Source of the DNA: an uncultured delta proteobacterium
GTDB taxonomy: Bacteria > Desulfobacterota > Desulfomonilia > Desulfomonilales > Desulfomonilaceae
Length of the DNA: 64,000 nucleotides
NCBI GenBank assembly: GCA_963789265.1
Contig: CAWBKB010000003.1
Coordinates: forward strand, 416,001 to 480,000
Direction of reading: 5' to 3'
The notes beneath the pieces are model-generated. The model made no database searches and was not told where the DNA came from. It saw nothing but the letters and a program-made list of their open reading frames with translations. Each line of letters starts with the position of its first letter. Position 1 is the first letter of the stretch. Shown piece after piece: positions 51,331 through 62,907 of the stretch. The position numbers and the translations under genes are program-made.

Positions 51331-53970
51331 TTGGCCAAGTTTACGCTGCCAAAACTTGAACGACACCTTTACGGAGCGGCCGACATTCTCCGTGGCAAGA
51401 TGGATCATGCCGAATTCCGCGACTTCATCTTCGGGATGCTCTTCCTCAAACGGTGCTCTGACATGTTCGATGAAGAGCGAGAACGGCTCATCCAGGAAGA
51501 ACTCAAAGCGGGAGCGTCGGAGGCGGAGGCCGAAGAGGCTGCTGATGATCCCCGAAATTATGATCTTTTCTTCGTTCCAATGCGGGCTCGCTGGGCAGAA
51601 ATCCGTGACCAACTCCATGTAAACGTCGGCGACGGACTGAACAAAGCGCTCGGAGCACTTGCAGAGGCCAATATGGTGCTCGCGGGGGTTATGGATCACA
51701 TCGATTTTACTCGAAAGGTCGGAGACAGCTCACTGCCGGACATCAAACTTCGAGCCCTGATAAAGCACTTCAATAATTACCGGCTGCGCAACAGCGATTT
51801 CGAGCACACGGACCTGCTCGGCTCCGCCTATGAGTACCTTATTTATATGTTCGCCGAATCTGGTGGTCGTAAGGGAGGGGACTTCTATACTCCTCGTGAC
51901 GTCGTACGGATGATGGTTCGCCTGATCCAGCCCAAAGAGAAGATGGAGATCTATGACCCATGTTGCGGGTCTGGCGGCATGCTTATTTTCTCCAAGCGCT
52001 ACGTCGAAGAGCATGGCGGGGACGGTAACAACCTCTTTCTTTACGGTCAGGATTCCAGCGGGTCGGCCTGGGTGGTTTGCAAGATGAACATGATCTTGCA
52101 CGGCATCAGTCAGAAAGCCGACATCCAGAACGAGGACACCCTGGCTCATCCGCGTCACCTGGACCACGGCGAACTCCGTCGATTTGACCTTGTGATTACC
52201 AATCCACCGTTCGGCATCAATTACAGTCGCGAGGGTATGGAGTTCAAGGAGCGCTTCCACTACGGCTTTTGTCCAGAGTCAGGCAAGAAGGCCGAGCTCA
52301 TGTTTATCCAGCACATGTTGGCGGTTCTCCGACCCAACGGCATGCTGGCCACGGTTGCACCGCACGGCATACTTTTCCGGGGTGGTAAAGAGGGCAAGAT
52401 CCGTAAAGGCTTCATCGCGGGAGATTTGATTGAGGCCGTAATTGGACTTGGTTCCAACCTCTTTTATGGCACACAGATTCCTGCTTGTATCCTGGTCATG
52501 CGTCAGAACGGTATGGCGAAACCCAAAGAACGGCAGGGCAGAATTCTCTTCATCAACGCAGACCAGGACTATGAGGCCGGTCGCGCCCAGAATTATCTCC
52601 GTCCCGAACACGCCGAGAAGATCGTCCGCACCTTTGAAAACTACGAGACCATTCCTGGCTATTCACGTGTGGTGGATCTCGAGGAGGTTGTCGCCAACGA
52701 CTACAACCTGAACATACGTCGTTATGCCGACAGTGCTCCACCGCCTGAGCCGCACGATGTTCGGGCCCACCTCGTGGGCGGCATTCCCAAGGCAGAGATA
52801 GAGACCAAGAAAGAGCTGATGAACTCCCATGGCCTGGAGCCGGCGGGACCATTTGTGGACCGAGATGATAAATATTGCGACTTTGCTCCAACGATTATCG
52901 ACAGGGCCACCATAAAACGAGTGATTGAGGAAGATACAGGAGTGTTGGGAAAGGAGAAACAGCTCAGCGAGACTTTTGCCCAATGGTGGGACGCACACAA
53001 AAATAAGTTGGAGCGTCTGCCCGGCAACAACAATGTGATGAAGGTTCGCGGGGAATATCTGATCTCATTCGAGGAAGCACTTGTGCCGGTGGGTCTGCTT
53101 GACCGTTTCAAGATCGCGGGTGTGGTCGCCTCCTGGTGGAACCATGCCTATGATGAACTCAAGACCATAGTGGCCCAGGGTTTCACAGGCCTCATTGACG
53201 GCTGGGTGCAGACTATCAAAGACTTCATAGAGGGCGAGGACGATAGCCAGGATGATGATTTCAAGCCATTGGAGCATAAGATAGTTATTAAGCTCATTCC
53301 TGAATACCTCCAACAAGTTGCCAATGTCGAGGCGGAAATCGACCGACTCAAAGCCGAAAAGGAAGCTTTCGAGCGAGGAGAGCACCTGGAGGACAGTGAC
53401 GAAGAATATGATGGAAAGGAGCGCAACTATGGCAAGGAACTGGAGAATAGGATCAAAGAACTTAAGGGACGCCTGGTCGAGCGCATTGGCCGCGTGCGCT
53501 TTCCATCGCTTGACAGCGCTGATGATTTAACCCCTATGAATTTCCTCAAGAATCTAGGTAAGACCAAGTCAGCCGCCAAAGATGTAATGGAGAACATTGA
53601 AGAATTAGAGCCCATCGTCGAGGAGATGATGGAAGCTGAGCTGCTAGTGGAGCCTTACAAGAACATCAAGAAGGAATTGACAACTTCTCGAAAGAAACAC
53701 AAGAAGCTCAAGGCAGCACTGGTCAGGCGCCTAGAGGAGGCGAGGGCAAAATTGAACGATGACGACGACCGCGATGTGGTTCTTGACCTCATCCGAGAAG
53801 GCATGGCCACTCACCTGGAGCGCTACATGGTGGCCCACCGCCAGTACGTAGTTGCGATTGTGGAAAACTGGTGGGACAAATATGCCACGCCGATGCAACA
53901 GATTGAGAAGGATCGCGACAACGCAGCCAAGCAACTTAGCAGGCTCATTGGAGGGCTCGGGTATGCCTGA
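51331..53970 (+). CDS. hsdM: Type I restriction-modification methyltransferase subunit (m6A)
   Basis: [27 protein letters not shown] and NPPF motifs; TTG start after GGAGG; long coiled-coil C-terminus. Confidence 0.96.
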   Translation: MAKFTLPKLERHLYGAADILRGKMDHAEFRDFIFGMLFLKRCSDMFDEERERLIQEELKAGASEAEAEEAADDPRNYDLFFVPMRARWAEIRDQLHVNVGDGLNKALGALAEANMVLAGVMDHIDFTRKVGDSSLPDIKLRALIKHFNNYRLRNSDFEHTDLLGSAYEYLIYMFAESGGRKGGDFYTPRDVVRMMVRLIQPKEKMEIYDPCCGSGGMLIFSKRYVEEHGGDGNNLFLYGQDSSGSAWVVCKMNMILHGISQKADIQNEDTLAHPRHLDHGELRRFDLVITNPPFGINYSREGMEFKERFHYGFCPESGKKAELMFIQHMLAVLRPNGMLATVAPHGILFRGGKEGKIRKGFIAGDLIEAVIGLGSNLFYGTQIPACILVMRQNGMAKPKERQGRILFINADQDYEAGRAQNYLRPEHAEKIVRTFENYETIPGYSRVVDLEEVVANDYNLNIRRYADSAPPPEPHDVRAHLVGGIPKAEIETKKELMNSHGLEPAGPFVDRDDKYCDFAPTIIDRATIKRVIEEDTGVLGKEKQLSETFAQWWDAHKNKLERLPGNNNVMKVRGEYLISFEEALVPVGLLDRFKIAGVVASWWNHAYDELKTIVAQGFTGLIDGWVQTIKDFIEGEDDSQDDDFKPLEHKIVIKLIPEYLQQVANVEAEIDRLKAEKEAFERGEHLEDSDEEYDGKERNYGKELENRIKELKGRLVERIGRVRFPSLDSADDLTPMNFLKNLGKTKSAAKDVMENIEELEPIVEEMMEAELLVEPYKNIKKELTTSRKKHKKLKAALVRRLEEARAKLNDDDDRDVVLDLIREGMATHLERYMVAHRQYVVAIVENWWDKYATPMQQIEKDRDNAAKQLSRLIGGLGYA

Positions 53971-55222
53971 TGCTCCCATGAGAAGGCTTGGGGATATAGC
54001 GTCATTTGAAATGGGGCAATCTCCACCCTCATCGGTCGTGGTCGATGGGGATGGTGGCGTTCCTTTCCTCCAAGGCTGCGCCGAATTCGGCCCGCGATAT
54101 CCGCAATCGCATTGCTCGTGCTTGATTTCTCCCAAAATGTGCAAAAGAGGCGATGTCCTCATTAGCGTTCGTGCCCCCGTGGGTTCCATTAACAAAGCTG
54201 ACCGAGAGTATTGTATAGGTCGCGGGTTAGCCGCCGTCAGATTGTCGGCAGAATATCCAGGGGACTTTGGTTGGCATTTGCTTAGTTATTGGGCTCACAA
54301 TCTACAGCGCGTTGCTCAAGGGACCACCTTCGAGGCCGTAGGACGCAATGATTTGGCTAACTTGGAGTTCATCGACATCAAGCCTGAAGATCGCGAAGCG
54401 GTCGTGGCGGTACTCAACACCGCCGATGAAGCCATTGCGAAGACAGAGACGCTGATCGCCAAACTCAGGGCAATCAAGCAGGGCCTTCTGCACGATGTTT
54501 TGACCCGCGGATTGGACAAAAACGGTGAGCTGCGTAACCCTGAGTGTCATCCGGAGCAATTCAAGAATTCTGCCCTGGGACCAGTACCACGTTCCTGGGA
54601 CGTCGTACCCTTGGGATCAATTACCTCATCTGTAACAAGTGGGAGCCGTGGCTGGGCCTACTACTACTCGGAGCAGGGGGCGCTATTCCTTCGAATGAGT
54701 AATTTAACGCGAGAACATATTCACATGCGTTTTGATGATCTTCAGCACGTTGACCTGCCTTCTGGCATCACAGAAGCGAGACGGACGAGGGTCAGTCCTG
54801 GAGACATTCTCATTTCGATCACTGCTGATTTAGGGGTAATAGGTGTTTGCCCTGAGGGGCTCGGTGATGCCTATGTTAACCAACACATTGCTTCGGTCAA
54901 ATTGAAAACTGACGAGGTAAACCCCCAGTGGGCGGGAAACTATCTGGCTTCGGGCCCTTCTCAGAGACAATTCCAGGTGCTGAATGACCAGGGCACTAAA
55001 GCCGGCATGAACCTTCCCACAGTTGAACGCCTGCTAATTGCCAGGCCCATGATGGCAGAGGAAATCCGAATCGGTATGGTTATTCGTGCGATGGATCAGT
55101 GCATCTGGGCAGAAACAGCCCATTGCGTCAAACTGACTCACATAAAGAAAGGCCTAATGCGGGATCTATTGACTGGTCGCGTGCGAGTGCCGCAAGAAAT
55201 CCCCGAAGGTGAGAGACTGTGA
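53963..55222 (+). CDS. hsdS: Type I restriction-modification specificity subunit
   Basis: Two TRDs (GQSP...ISVRAPVG...IGRGLAA; PGDILIS...NQH) with conserved helices [12 protein letters not shown] and [14 protein letters not shown]. Confidence 0.94.
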   Translation: MPDAPMRRLGDIASFEMGQSPPSSVVVDGDGGVPFLQGCAEFGPRYPQSHCSCLISPKMCKRGDVLISVRAPVGSINKADREYCIGRGLAAVRLSAEYPGDFGWHLLSYWAHNLQRVAQGTTFEAVGRNDLANLEFIDIKPEDREAVVAVLNTADEAIAKTETLIAKLRAIKQGLLHDVLTRGLDKNGELRNPECHPEQFKNSALGPVPRSWDVVPLGSITSSVTSGSRGWAYYYSEQGALFLRMSNLTREHIHMRFDDLQHVDLPSGITEARRTRVSPGDILISITADLGVIGVCPEGLGDAYVNQHIASVKLKTDEVNPQWAGNYLASGPSQRQFQVLNDQGTKAGMNLPTVERLLIARPMMAEEIRIGMVIRAMDQCIWAETAHCVKLTHIKKGLMRDLLTGRVRVPQEIPEGERL

Positions 55223-55860
55223 TGCCCATGCCCCGCCCTACGCCGATCTACCGCCTCATGCACCTGGACAACCTGCCGGTGTGTCTGGCAAGGGGCGGCA
55301 TGCATGCTCCAAATCGCGTACCGAACGACGGACGCGTATACCGGACGATTCACAATGTTGAGTTGCAGCAGGTTCGTCGCCAGCGAATCATTCCCTGCGG
55401 TCCCTGCGGAACGGTACACGATTACGTTCCTTTCTATTTGGGACCCCGTTCCCCGATGCTTCTCCAGTTGAATACAGGCCGAGTGGAGAGTTACCGTGAA
55501 GGCCAGGCGCCTCTAATATATGTCGTATCCACCGTGCAGGCAATTATCAGCGCCCGCCTCGGTTTTGTGTTCTCAGATGGACACGGGATTGCGTTCTTCA
55601 CTAAATGGTTTGATAATGTGTCAGAACTGGTTGAAGTTGATTGGGATATGGTCTATGCCGACTACTGGGCGGACAACGTGGATGACATGGACCGCCAACG
55701 CCGCAAACAAGCCGAGTTTCTAGTGCACAGGTTCTGTCCGTGGGATGTGGTGACCAGGATCGGCGTGTTGAACCGTGCGGTCCGACGTCGAGTAGACAAT
55801 ATCCTGGCCGATCATGGAGTCGCGACTCCGACAGAGATCCGCGAGAATTGGTATTATTAG
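55219..55860 (+). CDS. darT: DarT ssDNA ADP-ribosyltransferase toxin (DUF4433)
   Basis: H..NL, HDYVPFY..RSPML, FSDGH and RRKQAEFLV (catalytic Glu) motifs. Confidence 0.93.
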   Translation: MMPMPRPTPIYRLMHLDNLPVCLARGGMHAPNRVPNDGRVYRTIHNVELQQVRRQRIIPCGPCGTVHDYVPFYLGPRSPMLLQLNTGRVESYREGQAPLIYVVSTVQAIISARLGFVFSDGHGIAFFTKWFDNVSELVEVDWDMVYADYWADNVDDMDRQRRKQAEFLVHRFCPWDVVTRIGVLNRAVRRRVDNILADHGVATPTEIRENWYY

Positions 55861-55875
55861 AGAAAGGAGACGAAA

Positions 55876-56913
55876 ATGATCGAGCTAACTCAAGGGAACA
55901 TCCTGAAAGCCGACGCTGAGGCTCTGGTCAACACCGTCAACTGCGTCGGCGTCATGGGTAAGGGGATTGCCTTGCAGTTCAAGAAGGCTTTCCCCGATAA
56001 CTTCAGAGCTTACGAAGCCGCTTGCCGACATAAAGAGGTCCAGCCTGGGCGCATGTTTGTCTTTGAAACCGGGCAGATTTTCAACCCACGGTACGTCATC
56101 AATTTCCCTACAAAACGCCATTGGCGAGGCCGTAGCCGCTATGAGGACATAGCGGCAGGGACAAGAGCCTTGGTGGAAGAACTGCGAAATCGGAATATCC
56201 GCTCGATCGCGATCCCGCCCCTAGGATGCGGATTGGGAGGCCTGAACTGGCACCGTGTACGGGCCATCATTGAGGAGACCTTTTCCACACTCCCAGATGT
56301 GCGGGTCATGCTCTATGAACCCAAGGGGGCTCCTGCGGCAAAGGACATGCCCGTTGGCACTGGCAAGCCACGCATGACCATTGCTCGGGCGTTGTTCGTC
56401 AAGCTCATGCAGCAGTACGCCCGTCACGCATACCGGCTCACACTATTGGAAATCCAGAAGCTTGCCTATTTTCTTCAAGAATCCGGCTTGGAACTACGGT
56501 TACGCTACGTCAAACACCTTTACGGCCCGTACGCCCACAATCTTAACAAGGTCCTGGAGGTGCTCGAAGGACACTACATCCGAGGATATGGCGACACCCA
56601 AAAACCCGATGTTGAGATACAGCTTTTGCCAGGAGCAACGCGACAGGCAGATGTGTTCCTCCAGAATCATCCAGAGGCCATGGAAAACCTGGACGTGGTG
56701 GCGGACCTCGTAGACGGGTTCGAAACGCCCTACGGAATGGAATTACTGTCCTCAGTGCACTGGCTTGCGATACATGATCGCGAGGCTACCGATGCCGATA
56801 CCGCAATAGCCGCCATGCTCCGGTGGAACGACCGAAAGAGCAAGCTGTTCAAACCTGAGCACATTCGGGTGGCCTGGGATCGACTCCAGGAGGAAGGTTG
56901 GCTCAGGGCATGA
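55876..56913 (+). CDS. darG: DarG macrodomain antitoxin
   Basis: EALVNTVNCVGVMGKGIALQFK, INFPTKRHW and PPLGCGLGGL motifs; C-terminal LLEIQKLAYFLQ, YGPY and GFETPYGMELL. Confidence 0.95.
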   Translation: MIELTQGNILKADAEALVNTVNCVGVMGKGIALQFKKAFPDNFRAYEAACRHKEVQPGRMFVFETGQIFNPRYVINFPTKRHWRGRSRYEDIAAGTRALVEELRNRNIRSIAIPPLGCGLGGLNWHRVRAIIEETFSTLPDVRVMLYEPKGAPAAKDMPVGTGKPRMTIARALFVKLMQQYARHAYRLTLLEIQKLAYFLQESGLELRLRYVKHLYGPYAHNLNKVLEVLEGHYIRGYGDTQKPDVEIQLLPGATRQADVFLQNHPEAMENLDVVADLVDGFETPYGMELLSSVHWLAIHDREATDADTAIAAMLRWNDRKSKLFKPEHIRVAWDRLQEEGWLRA

Positions 56914-59900
56914 AGTCCGTTCCTGAGCTGAGGCCGCCAACCAGCACGCCGACTGAATGGTCGGAGGTCGAACGTCCCCTGTTGTTGCAACTGGTAGGTA
57001 TGGGCTGGCAGTTTGTACCTGGGGACATCGATGTACCGGAACTCACTGAGCGAGAAAACTTCCGCCAGGTTGCGCTGTACGGACGGCTTCGGGAAGCCAT
57101 TAAGCGTATCAATGCCAATGACGGTGTGGTAGACGACCTTACTGTGGATCGCGCCGTCCGGCAGCTTGAGGCAGTAGGCGGTCAGGCGCTTTTGGAGAAG
57201 AACCGGCTTATCACCGAGCGGCTCATCAAGGGTGTTTACGTCGAATCTACCGATCCAAACGATACGCGGCAGCGTCTCATCCGGTTTATTGAGTTTGACC
57301 CGGCCAAACTGGATCAAAACGATTTCCTGTGCATAAATCAGTTCCGCGTGGATCTCCCTGGACGAGGCACCTTTGTCATTCCCGATGTGGTGCTTTGCGT
57401 CAATGGTCTCCCATTAGTGGTAGTGGAGTGTAAGAGTCCCAGTATCACCGACTCGATAGGTGAAGGACTGGATCAACTGCTGCGATATTCGAACAACCGT
57501 TATTGGATAGACGAAGACGAAGGAATCGAGGACCTCTTTTTCTTCAACCAGCTTATGGTAGTGTCCTCGTTTTATCAGGCTCGTTCAGGAACACTCGGTG
57601 CGTACCACGAACACTACCTGGAATGGAAAGATCCGGCTCCATTTACTCGTGAACAACTTGCGGATGAGCTCGGGAAATCCCCGGACAACCTCAAGAGCCA
57701 AGAGTTGTTGGCAGCCGGGGTACTGCGTCCGGAGCGACTGGTGGACATCCTGAGAAATTTCATCCTATTCAAGACCGCTGACGGAAAACTCATTAAGATT
57801 GCCCCTCGTTATCAGCAGTTTCGCGCTGTGCACTCTGCCATTGATCGGCTGATTACCGGCAAGACGCGGCAACAGGACGAGAAGAATCAGGATCGTCGCG
57901 GTGGCATCATCTGGCATACGCAAGGTTCGGGGAAAAGTATCACCATGGTCTACCTCGTCCGCAAAATGCGAACGAATCCTAGCCTTCGTTCTTTCAAGGT
58001 AGTGGTCGTTACGGACCGCTCAGATCTGGAAAAACAGCTTCGGGAGACAGCTACGCTTACCGATGAGATTATCCGGCCGGACGACAAGGACAACAGACGG
58101 CGCATTTCGGCCACGGAAACACTCAAAGCGATACTTCGGGAGGAGAGCCCGGACATCGTCTTTGCCATGATCCAGAAGTACCTTGTACGGACGGGCGAAA
58201 TGGAAGTTTACCGGTACGAAGTGCCCGTGAAAAAGAAGGTCCAGAAGGCCACGGGTGATCTGGCGGAATACCAAACAACAACGAAAGTATTGAAACTCTC
58301 GTTACACGATCAGGAATTTGACGTCCTTAATGAATCCCCGAATGTCCTCATTCTTATCGATGAAGCCCACAGATCTCACACTGAAACTTTCCACGCGAAC
58401 CTCATGAAGGCGCTGCCGAATGCTGCCAAAATCGGCTTCACCGGAACGCCCATCATGCGTTGCGACAAGGCCACGACCCAAGAGATCTTCGGAGACTTTA
58501 TCGATAAGTACCGATTGGATGAAGCGGTCAACGACGAGGCGACCGTCAAGATCGTGTACGAGGGCCGCACGGCGGGGGGGTTGGTAGAACACACGGAAAG
58601 ACTCGATCAGAATTTTGAGGATCTGTTCCGCGAATACACGGAGAGCGAGAAGCAAGTTATTAAGAACAAGTATGCCGCAGAAGGTGACGTGCTGGAAGCG
58701 CCTAAACTTATCTCAGAAAAGGCAGAAGATATGCTGCGGCACTATGTGCAGGCCGTTCTTCCTAACGGCTTCAAGGCACAGGTTGTGGCGGTATCACGAC
58801 TGGCGGCCATACGGTATCACGATGCGTTGAAAGAAGCTCAAAGCCGTCTAGTCCAGGAAATTGAAAGCCTCGATCCTGGCAAGCTGCGTCTTTCGGATGA
58901 TGATATCGAGCGGGAAGATGAACATGTCCAGTTTCTGATCGGTGCGTCTAAGCATCTGGAGATTATCAAGCGACTAAATTTCGCGACTGTTGTGTCTCAC
59001 AACCACAATGACCCGCCTTCCTGGCGTGATTGGATGGACAAAACCACTCAGGATACTCACATTACCCGCTTCAAGAAGCCTCTTGTGCATGCGGACCCCG
59101 CTAAGCAGGACGGCCTAGCATTCCTTTGCGTGAAAAGTATGCTGACCACGGGGTTTGACGCGCCGGTGGAGCAGGCACTCTACCTCGACCGGAGAGTCGT
59201 GGCCCATGAACTGCTTCAGACGATTGCTCGTGTGAATCGCCGCGTGCGCGGCAAGGATTGCGGCTACATTGTGGACTACATCGGCGTGGCCAGACACTTG
59301 CATGATGCCCTGGGCGACTACGAGGATGAAACCCATGATCCCATGATTGACATTCGGGACGAAATTCCCAAACTACGCGATCGGCACAAGCGTGCCGTGG
59401 ACGTTTTCCTCGCACGCGGCGTCTCAAGCATCCGAGACATCGAAGCATGTGTAGATATCCTGGCGGATGTCAAAATGCGAGCTGAGTTCATCAACAAACT
59501 GCGCCTTTTCTTGGAGAGCCTCGGCATCGTCATGCCGCGGCCCGAGGCAATGCCTTACATCAAAGGTGCCAAGATCCTCGGTTTTATCGCCAAAGTTGCG
59601 GCTAATCTCTACTATGACGACCAATTGAATCTATACGGCGTGAAGCACAAGGTGAAGGAACTGATCGACGAGTATATCGCCGCCAACGGCATAGACCCGA
59701 AGATCCCGCCTATTGAAATCCTGGATGTGAGCTTCGCCGATCATGTGAATGCTGGTAAATCTGCCAAAGCGCGAGCCTCCCAGATGCTTCACGCGGCGCG
59801 TCATCATATTAGCATTCATCTGCATGAAGATCCGTCACTGTTCGCGAAGCTGAGCGAAAAGCTGGAACAGATTCTCCAGGATCTCCAAAACAATTGGACA

Positions 59901-60281
59901 GAATTGGAGCAGCAACTTCACCGATTCATCGAGGAGGAACTGAAGCAGGGGCGGGAACAGGAAGTAGAGGGTCTCGATCCCAAGATTCAGGCCCCTTTTT
60001 TCGGTCTTCTGAAGGATGCGGTTGAGGAAACCAACAACCAAACGCTGGAAGGCGAGCCATTCCGAAGGGGTGTGACCACAACAATTGAGATCGTTGATCA
60101 TATAAAGAAGGAAATCCGTCGCGTGGGTTTTTGGCGTGATCCTCCCAGTCGGCAACGGCTTGAGAATTGGGTCTATCGCTCTTTACGTCGTTCCCGGCTG
60201 GTTCCAAGTAACAAGGTCCAAGAATTGGCAATTCGGTTCGTGGACTTAGCAAAAAGTAGACATAGGTTCTTAACGATATGA
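56910..60281 (+). CDS. hsdR: Type I restriction endonuclease subunit R
   Basis: PD..L.VNGLP.VVVECK nuclease motif; WHTQGSGKS, DEAHRS, FTGTP, MLTTGFDAP and QTIARVNR helicase motifs. Confidence 0.97.
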   Translation: MKSVPELRPPTSTPTEWSEVERPLLLQLVGMGWQFVPGDIDVPELTERENFRQVALYGRLREAIKRINANDGVVDDLTVDRAVRQLEAVGGQALLEKNRLITERLIKGVYVESTDPNDTRQRLIRFIEFDPAKLDQNDFLCINQFRVDLPGRGTFVIPDVVLCVNGLPLVVVECKSPSITDSIGEGLDQLLRYSNNRYWIDEDEGIEDLFFFNQLMVVSSFYQARSGTLGAYHEHYLEWKDPAPFTREQLADELGKSPDNLKSQELLAAGVLRPERLVDILRNFILFKTADGKLIKIAPRYQQFRAVHSAIDRLITGKTRQQDEKNQDRRGGIIWHTQGSGKSITMVYLVRKMRTNPSLRSFKVVVVTDRSDLEKQLRETATLTDEIIRPDDKDNRRRISATETLKAILREESPDIVFAMIQKYLVRTGEMEVYRYEVPVKKKVQKATGDLAEYQTTTKVLKLSLHDQEFDVLNESPNVLILIDEAHRSHTETFHANLMKALPNAAKIGFTGTPIMRCDKATTQEIFGDFIDKYRLDEAVNDEATVKIVYEGRTAGGLVEHTERLDQNFEDLFREYTESEKQVIKNKYAAEGDVLEAPKLISEKAEDMLRHYVQAVLPNGFKAQVVAVSRLAAIRYHDALKEAQSRLVQEIESLDPGKLRLSDDDIEREDEHVQFLIGASKHLEIIKRLNFATVVSHNHNDPPSWRDWMDKTTQDTHITRFKKPLVHADPAKQDGLAFLCVKSMLTTGFDAPVEQALYLDRRVVAHELLQTIARVNRRVRGKDCGYIVDYIGVARHLHDALGDYEDETHDPMIDIRDEIPKLRDRHKRAVDVFLARGVSSIRDIEACVDILADVKMRAEFINKLRLFLESLGIVMPRPEAMPYIKGAKILGFIAKVAANLYYDDQLNLYGVKHKVKELIDEYIAANGIDPKIPPIEILDVSFADHVNAGKSAKARASQMLHAARHHISIHLHEDPSLFAKLSEKLEQILQDLQNNWTELEQQLHRFIEEELKQGREQEVEGLDPKIQAPFFGLLKDAVEETNNQTLEGEPFRRGVTTTIEIVDHIKKEIRRVGFWRDPPSRQRLENWVYRSLRRSRLVPSNKVQELAIRFVDLAKSRHRFLTI

Positions 60282-60988
60282 GTGAGGTTCTCTTAATTGA
60301 TGATCTTCAGGTGGAAGTTCGGCGGAGTCCCCGTCGACGAACTGTTGATCTCATTGTGGATCGATTTGGGGATTTGGTCATCAATGTCCCCGAATCACTC
60401 CCGCGGCAGGATCTGGAGGCAATCGTTCGACGTAAACAGGAATGGATTTATACAAAGCTTGGGCATAAGGAAAATGTGCTCCGTCCAAGCGGGTGCAAAG
60501 AGTACGTCACAGGAGAAGGGTTTTATTATCTCGGCAAGAAGTATCGCCTGAAGGTTCTTGATACTGCGGCTCTTGCCATCACCACGCGACCGCTTCGCCT
60601 TATGAATGGGCGTTTCTTGATGCCCCGCCCAGCGGCACAGGATGGACGGACTCATTTCATAAAGTGGTATATGAACCGCGGGCAAGTGTGGATCAGCAAT
60701 GCGGTTGAGGTGCTGAAGGAACGTGTCGTGGCTGCACCACGAATGATTGCGGTTCGGGACCTGAAATTCAGGTGGGGTTCCTGTAATGCTGCGGGGGACC
60801 TGTATTTTCACTGGCGTGTGATTTTGCTTCCGTCGCATGTTGTCCGCTATCTTGTTCTCCACGAACTGGTCCATCTGAGCGAACACAACCATAGCGCTGC
60901 ATTCTACGAGCTCCTTCGCCGAGCTTGTCCCCAATATCTGGAGATCGAAAGTTGGCTTGAGGCGAATGGCGATGATTATACCCTGTGA
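60278..60988 (+). CDS. M48/YgjP (DUF45, SprT-like) metal-dependent hydrolase
   Basis: GE.F.YLG..Y.L, RWGSC and YLVLHELVHL.EHNH motifs; ATGA overlap with hsdR. Confidence 0.92.
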   Translation: MSEVLLIDDLQVEVRRSPRRRTVDLIVDRFGDLVINVPESLPRQDLEAIVRRKQEWIYTKLGHKENVLRPSGCKEYVTGEGFYYLGKKYRLKVLDTAALAITTRPLRLMNGRFLMPRPAAQDGRTHFIKWYMNRGQVWISNAVEVLKERVVAAPRMIAVRDLKFRWGSCNAAGDLYFHWRVILLPSHVVRYLVLHELVHLSEHNHSAAFYELLRRACPQYLEIESWLEANGDDYTL

Positions 60989-61320
60989 CTTCTCTAGCAA
61001 GTCTAAAGAAGCTTTGGTGGACAGTCCTTCAACATCGCTTGAAATGGCTCCCTCAGGATTTCCAGCCCCACCGCTTAACAGATGCCCGTCAAAGTGGCGG
61101 TAAACAGAGCGTATCATGGCCCAATAATGCAGCGGGGCAAGAAGCACGTCTGGATTGAATTATGGCAGCCAGTTGAATCGACAGACAAACCCGCATCTTA
61201 TTCGCCACTCTGTAAGCGGTGCCGGGGTCGCTCAGAAGTCGCAAGACCTAGGCCATTTGATTCTTTAGCTACGAATTTAAGATGCGAATGCCCGTCAATT
61301 CCTGGGTCTTTCAGGATATA

Positions 61321-62220
61321 TCAATGATATCCAAATTCCTTTAATCTCACGGGATCGCGGCTCCAATTCGGGGTGACCTTCACAAAGAGGTCGAGCCGCA
61401 CCCGGCACTCGAGAAATTCTTCAATTTTGATTCTAGCAGCCGTGCCTATGGCTTTGATCATCTTGCCTGCTTTTCCGACAAGGATCTTCTTCTGACTATC
61501 CTTCTCGACGTGGATATCAGCGTGAATCGTCACGCGCCCTCTCTCTTCCTTGAAAGATTCGACAACCACAGCCGTCTTGTACGGGATCTCTTCACCGGTC
61601 TTGTTGATGATTTGTTCTCGTATGATTTCTGCTACAAAAAACCTTGTCGGCAAATCGCTCACATCCTCCTCAGGAAACAGCGGCGGGCCCAATGGTAGCA
61701 GTTTCATCAGTGCACCAATCAACTCCTGAACGCCCGACCCGTAAAGAGCGCTGATGGGCACTATCTCTTCGAAAGGGTGGGCTTTGCTATAGAGATCAAT
61801 TAGCGGCAGCAATACAGGCGGCTTGACGGTATCGATCTTGTTAATGGCCAGCACAGCGGCTGACCCGGCGGATTTGATGAGTTCTATTATGCGCAGGTCA
61901 TCAGGATCGATCTCCTCCGAAGGTGTAGTTATGAACAGGACGATGTCGGTTTCCTCAAGTGTCTTCGTTGCCGCGGCGACCAATGATCGATTTAGCGGAG
62001 TCGTAGCTTCGTGGATCCCCGGAGTGTCGAGCAGTATGAACTGGGCGTCGGTGACAGTATAGATCGCGGTGATTCGGTTCCTGGTGGTCTGGGGTTTGGC
62101 AGTGACGATAGATAACTCGCGACCCAGTATGGAGTTCACGAGGGTTGATTTTCCCACATTAGGGCGGCCTGCGAGCGCGACGAAGCCGCTTCGGTACTTC
62201 CCCGAGGGTTCGGACGTCAT
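61321..62220 (-). CDS. era: GTPase Era
   Basis: GRPNVGKSTL, PQTTRN, DTPG and NKID motifs; KH domain EEIPY. Confidence 0.98.
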   Translation of the reverse strand: MTSEPSGKYRSGFVALAGRPNVGKSTLVNSILGRELSIVTAKPQTTRNRITAIYTVTDAQFILLDTPGIHEATTPLNRSLVAAATKTLEETDIVLFITTPSEEIDPDDLRIIELIKSAGSAAVLAINKIDTVKPPVLLPLIDLYSKAHPFEEIVPISALYGSGVQELIGALMKLLPLGPPLFPEEDVSDLPTRFFVAEIIREQIINKTGEEIPYKTAVVVESFKEERGRVTIHADIHVEKDSQKKILVGKAGKMIKAIGTAARIKIEEFLECRVRLDLFVKVTPNWSRDPVRLKEFGYH

Positions 62221-62277
62221 CACTGATTCTCCTTGACCGGAGCGCAAATTGTGGTTTATGCTATTGTAATTATATCA

Positions 62278-62370
62278 GGAGAGATGCCCGAGTGGCCGAA
62301 GGGGCGCGACTGGAAATCGCGTGAATGCCCACAAGGTGTTCCGAGGGTTCGAATCCCTCTCTCTCCGCCA
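62278..62370 (+). tRNA. tRNA-Ser (GGA)
   Basis: GGAGAGATGCCCGAGTGGCCGAAGGGG-CGCGA CT GGA AA TCGCG-long variable arm-GAGGGTTCGAATCCCTCTCTCTCCGCCA. Confidence 0.98.
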
Positions 62371-62583
62371 TTTTCAGGACCGCTCTCATCCGATTGCCCA
62401 CCCCCGGGGATCTCTAATCAGGACTAATTCAACCTGTCGAAATCTTGGACCAATGCCCTGTGGCAGGCCGGATGTCGTTGATAGTCCTTTCGTACAGGGC
62501 TCCTAAGCTAGGGACGGCTTGAAGACCACTGATATTCTCTTGCCATGCTTCCCTGCGACTGCCGCACCACGCTGCGAATTCAA

Positions 62584-62907
62584 TCATGGCCAATCATTTG
62601 CGTTGTAATCAGGAAGGTTGAATGTGCGCGCCGTTCCATAATCCCAGTCGTAGGGTATCGGAAGGAAGGGATAGTGTATGCCCAGTCGCCGACTCATGAA
62701 CCTATCCCACCTATAGTATTCTATGGCCTTCTTGTCCGGTGCAATTCTGTCCACGAACCTGTCCGCATAGTACCACATTCCGTTAAATCCCGGGGGGAAA
62801 TTTCGGATAAAGCGATGATTGTAATCCGCGGCCTGACAGACGGGAAAGGCTAACAGAGTCAAAAATGCTCCAAGAATCAGGGCGGGTAGTAACCGGGGCG
62901 CGCGCAT
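62584..62907 (-). CDS. Secreted aromatic-rich hypothetical protein
   Basis: AAGGAG RBS, signal peptide ending CQA. Confidence 0.7.
   Translation of the reverse strand: MRAPRLLPALILGAFLTLLAFPVCQAADYNHRFIRNFPPGFNGMWYYADRFVDRIAPDKKAIEYYRWDRFMSRRLGIHYPFLPIPYDWDYGTARTFNLPDYNANDWP

Noticed and set aside
60395..61147. 250-aa minus-strand ORF, and similar long antisense ORFs elsewhere
   Set aside because: Shadow of a well-supported gene on the opposite strand; no motifs.
61082..61298. 11-bp direct repeat ATGCCCGTCAA as an attachment site for the R-M island
   Set aside because: Both copies are on the same side of the island, no match was found at the left border, and no integrase is present.
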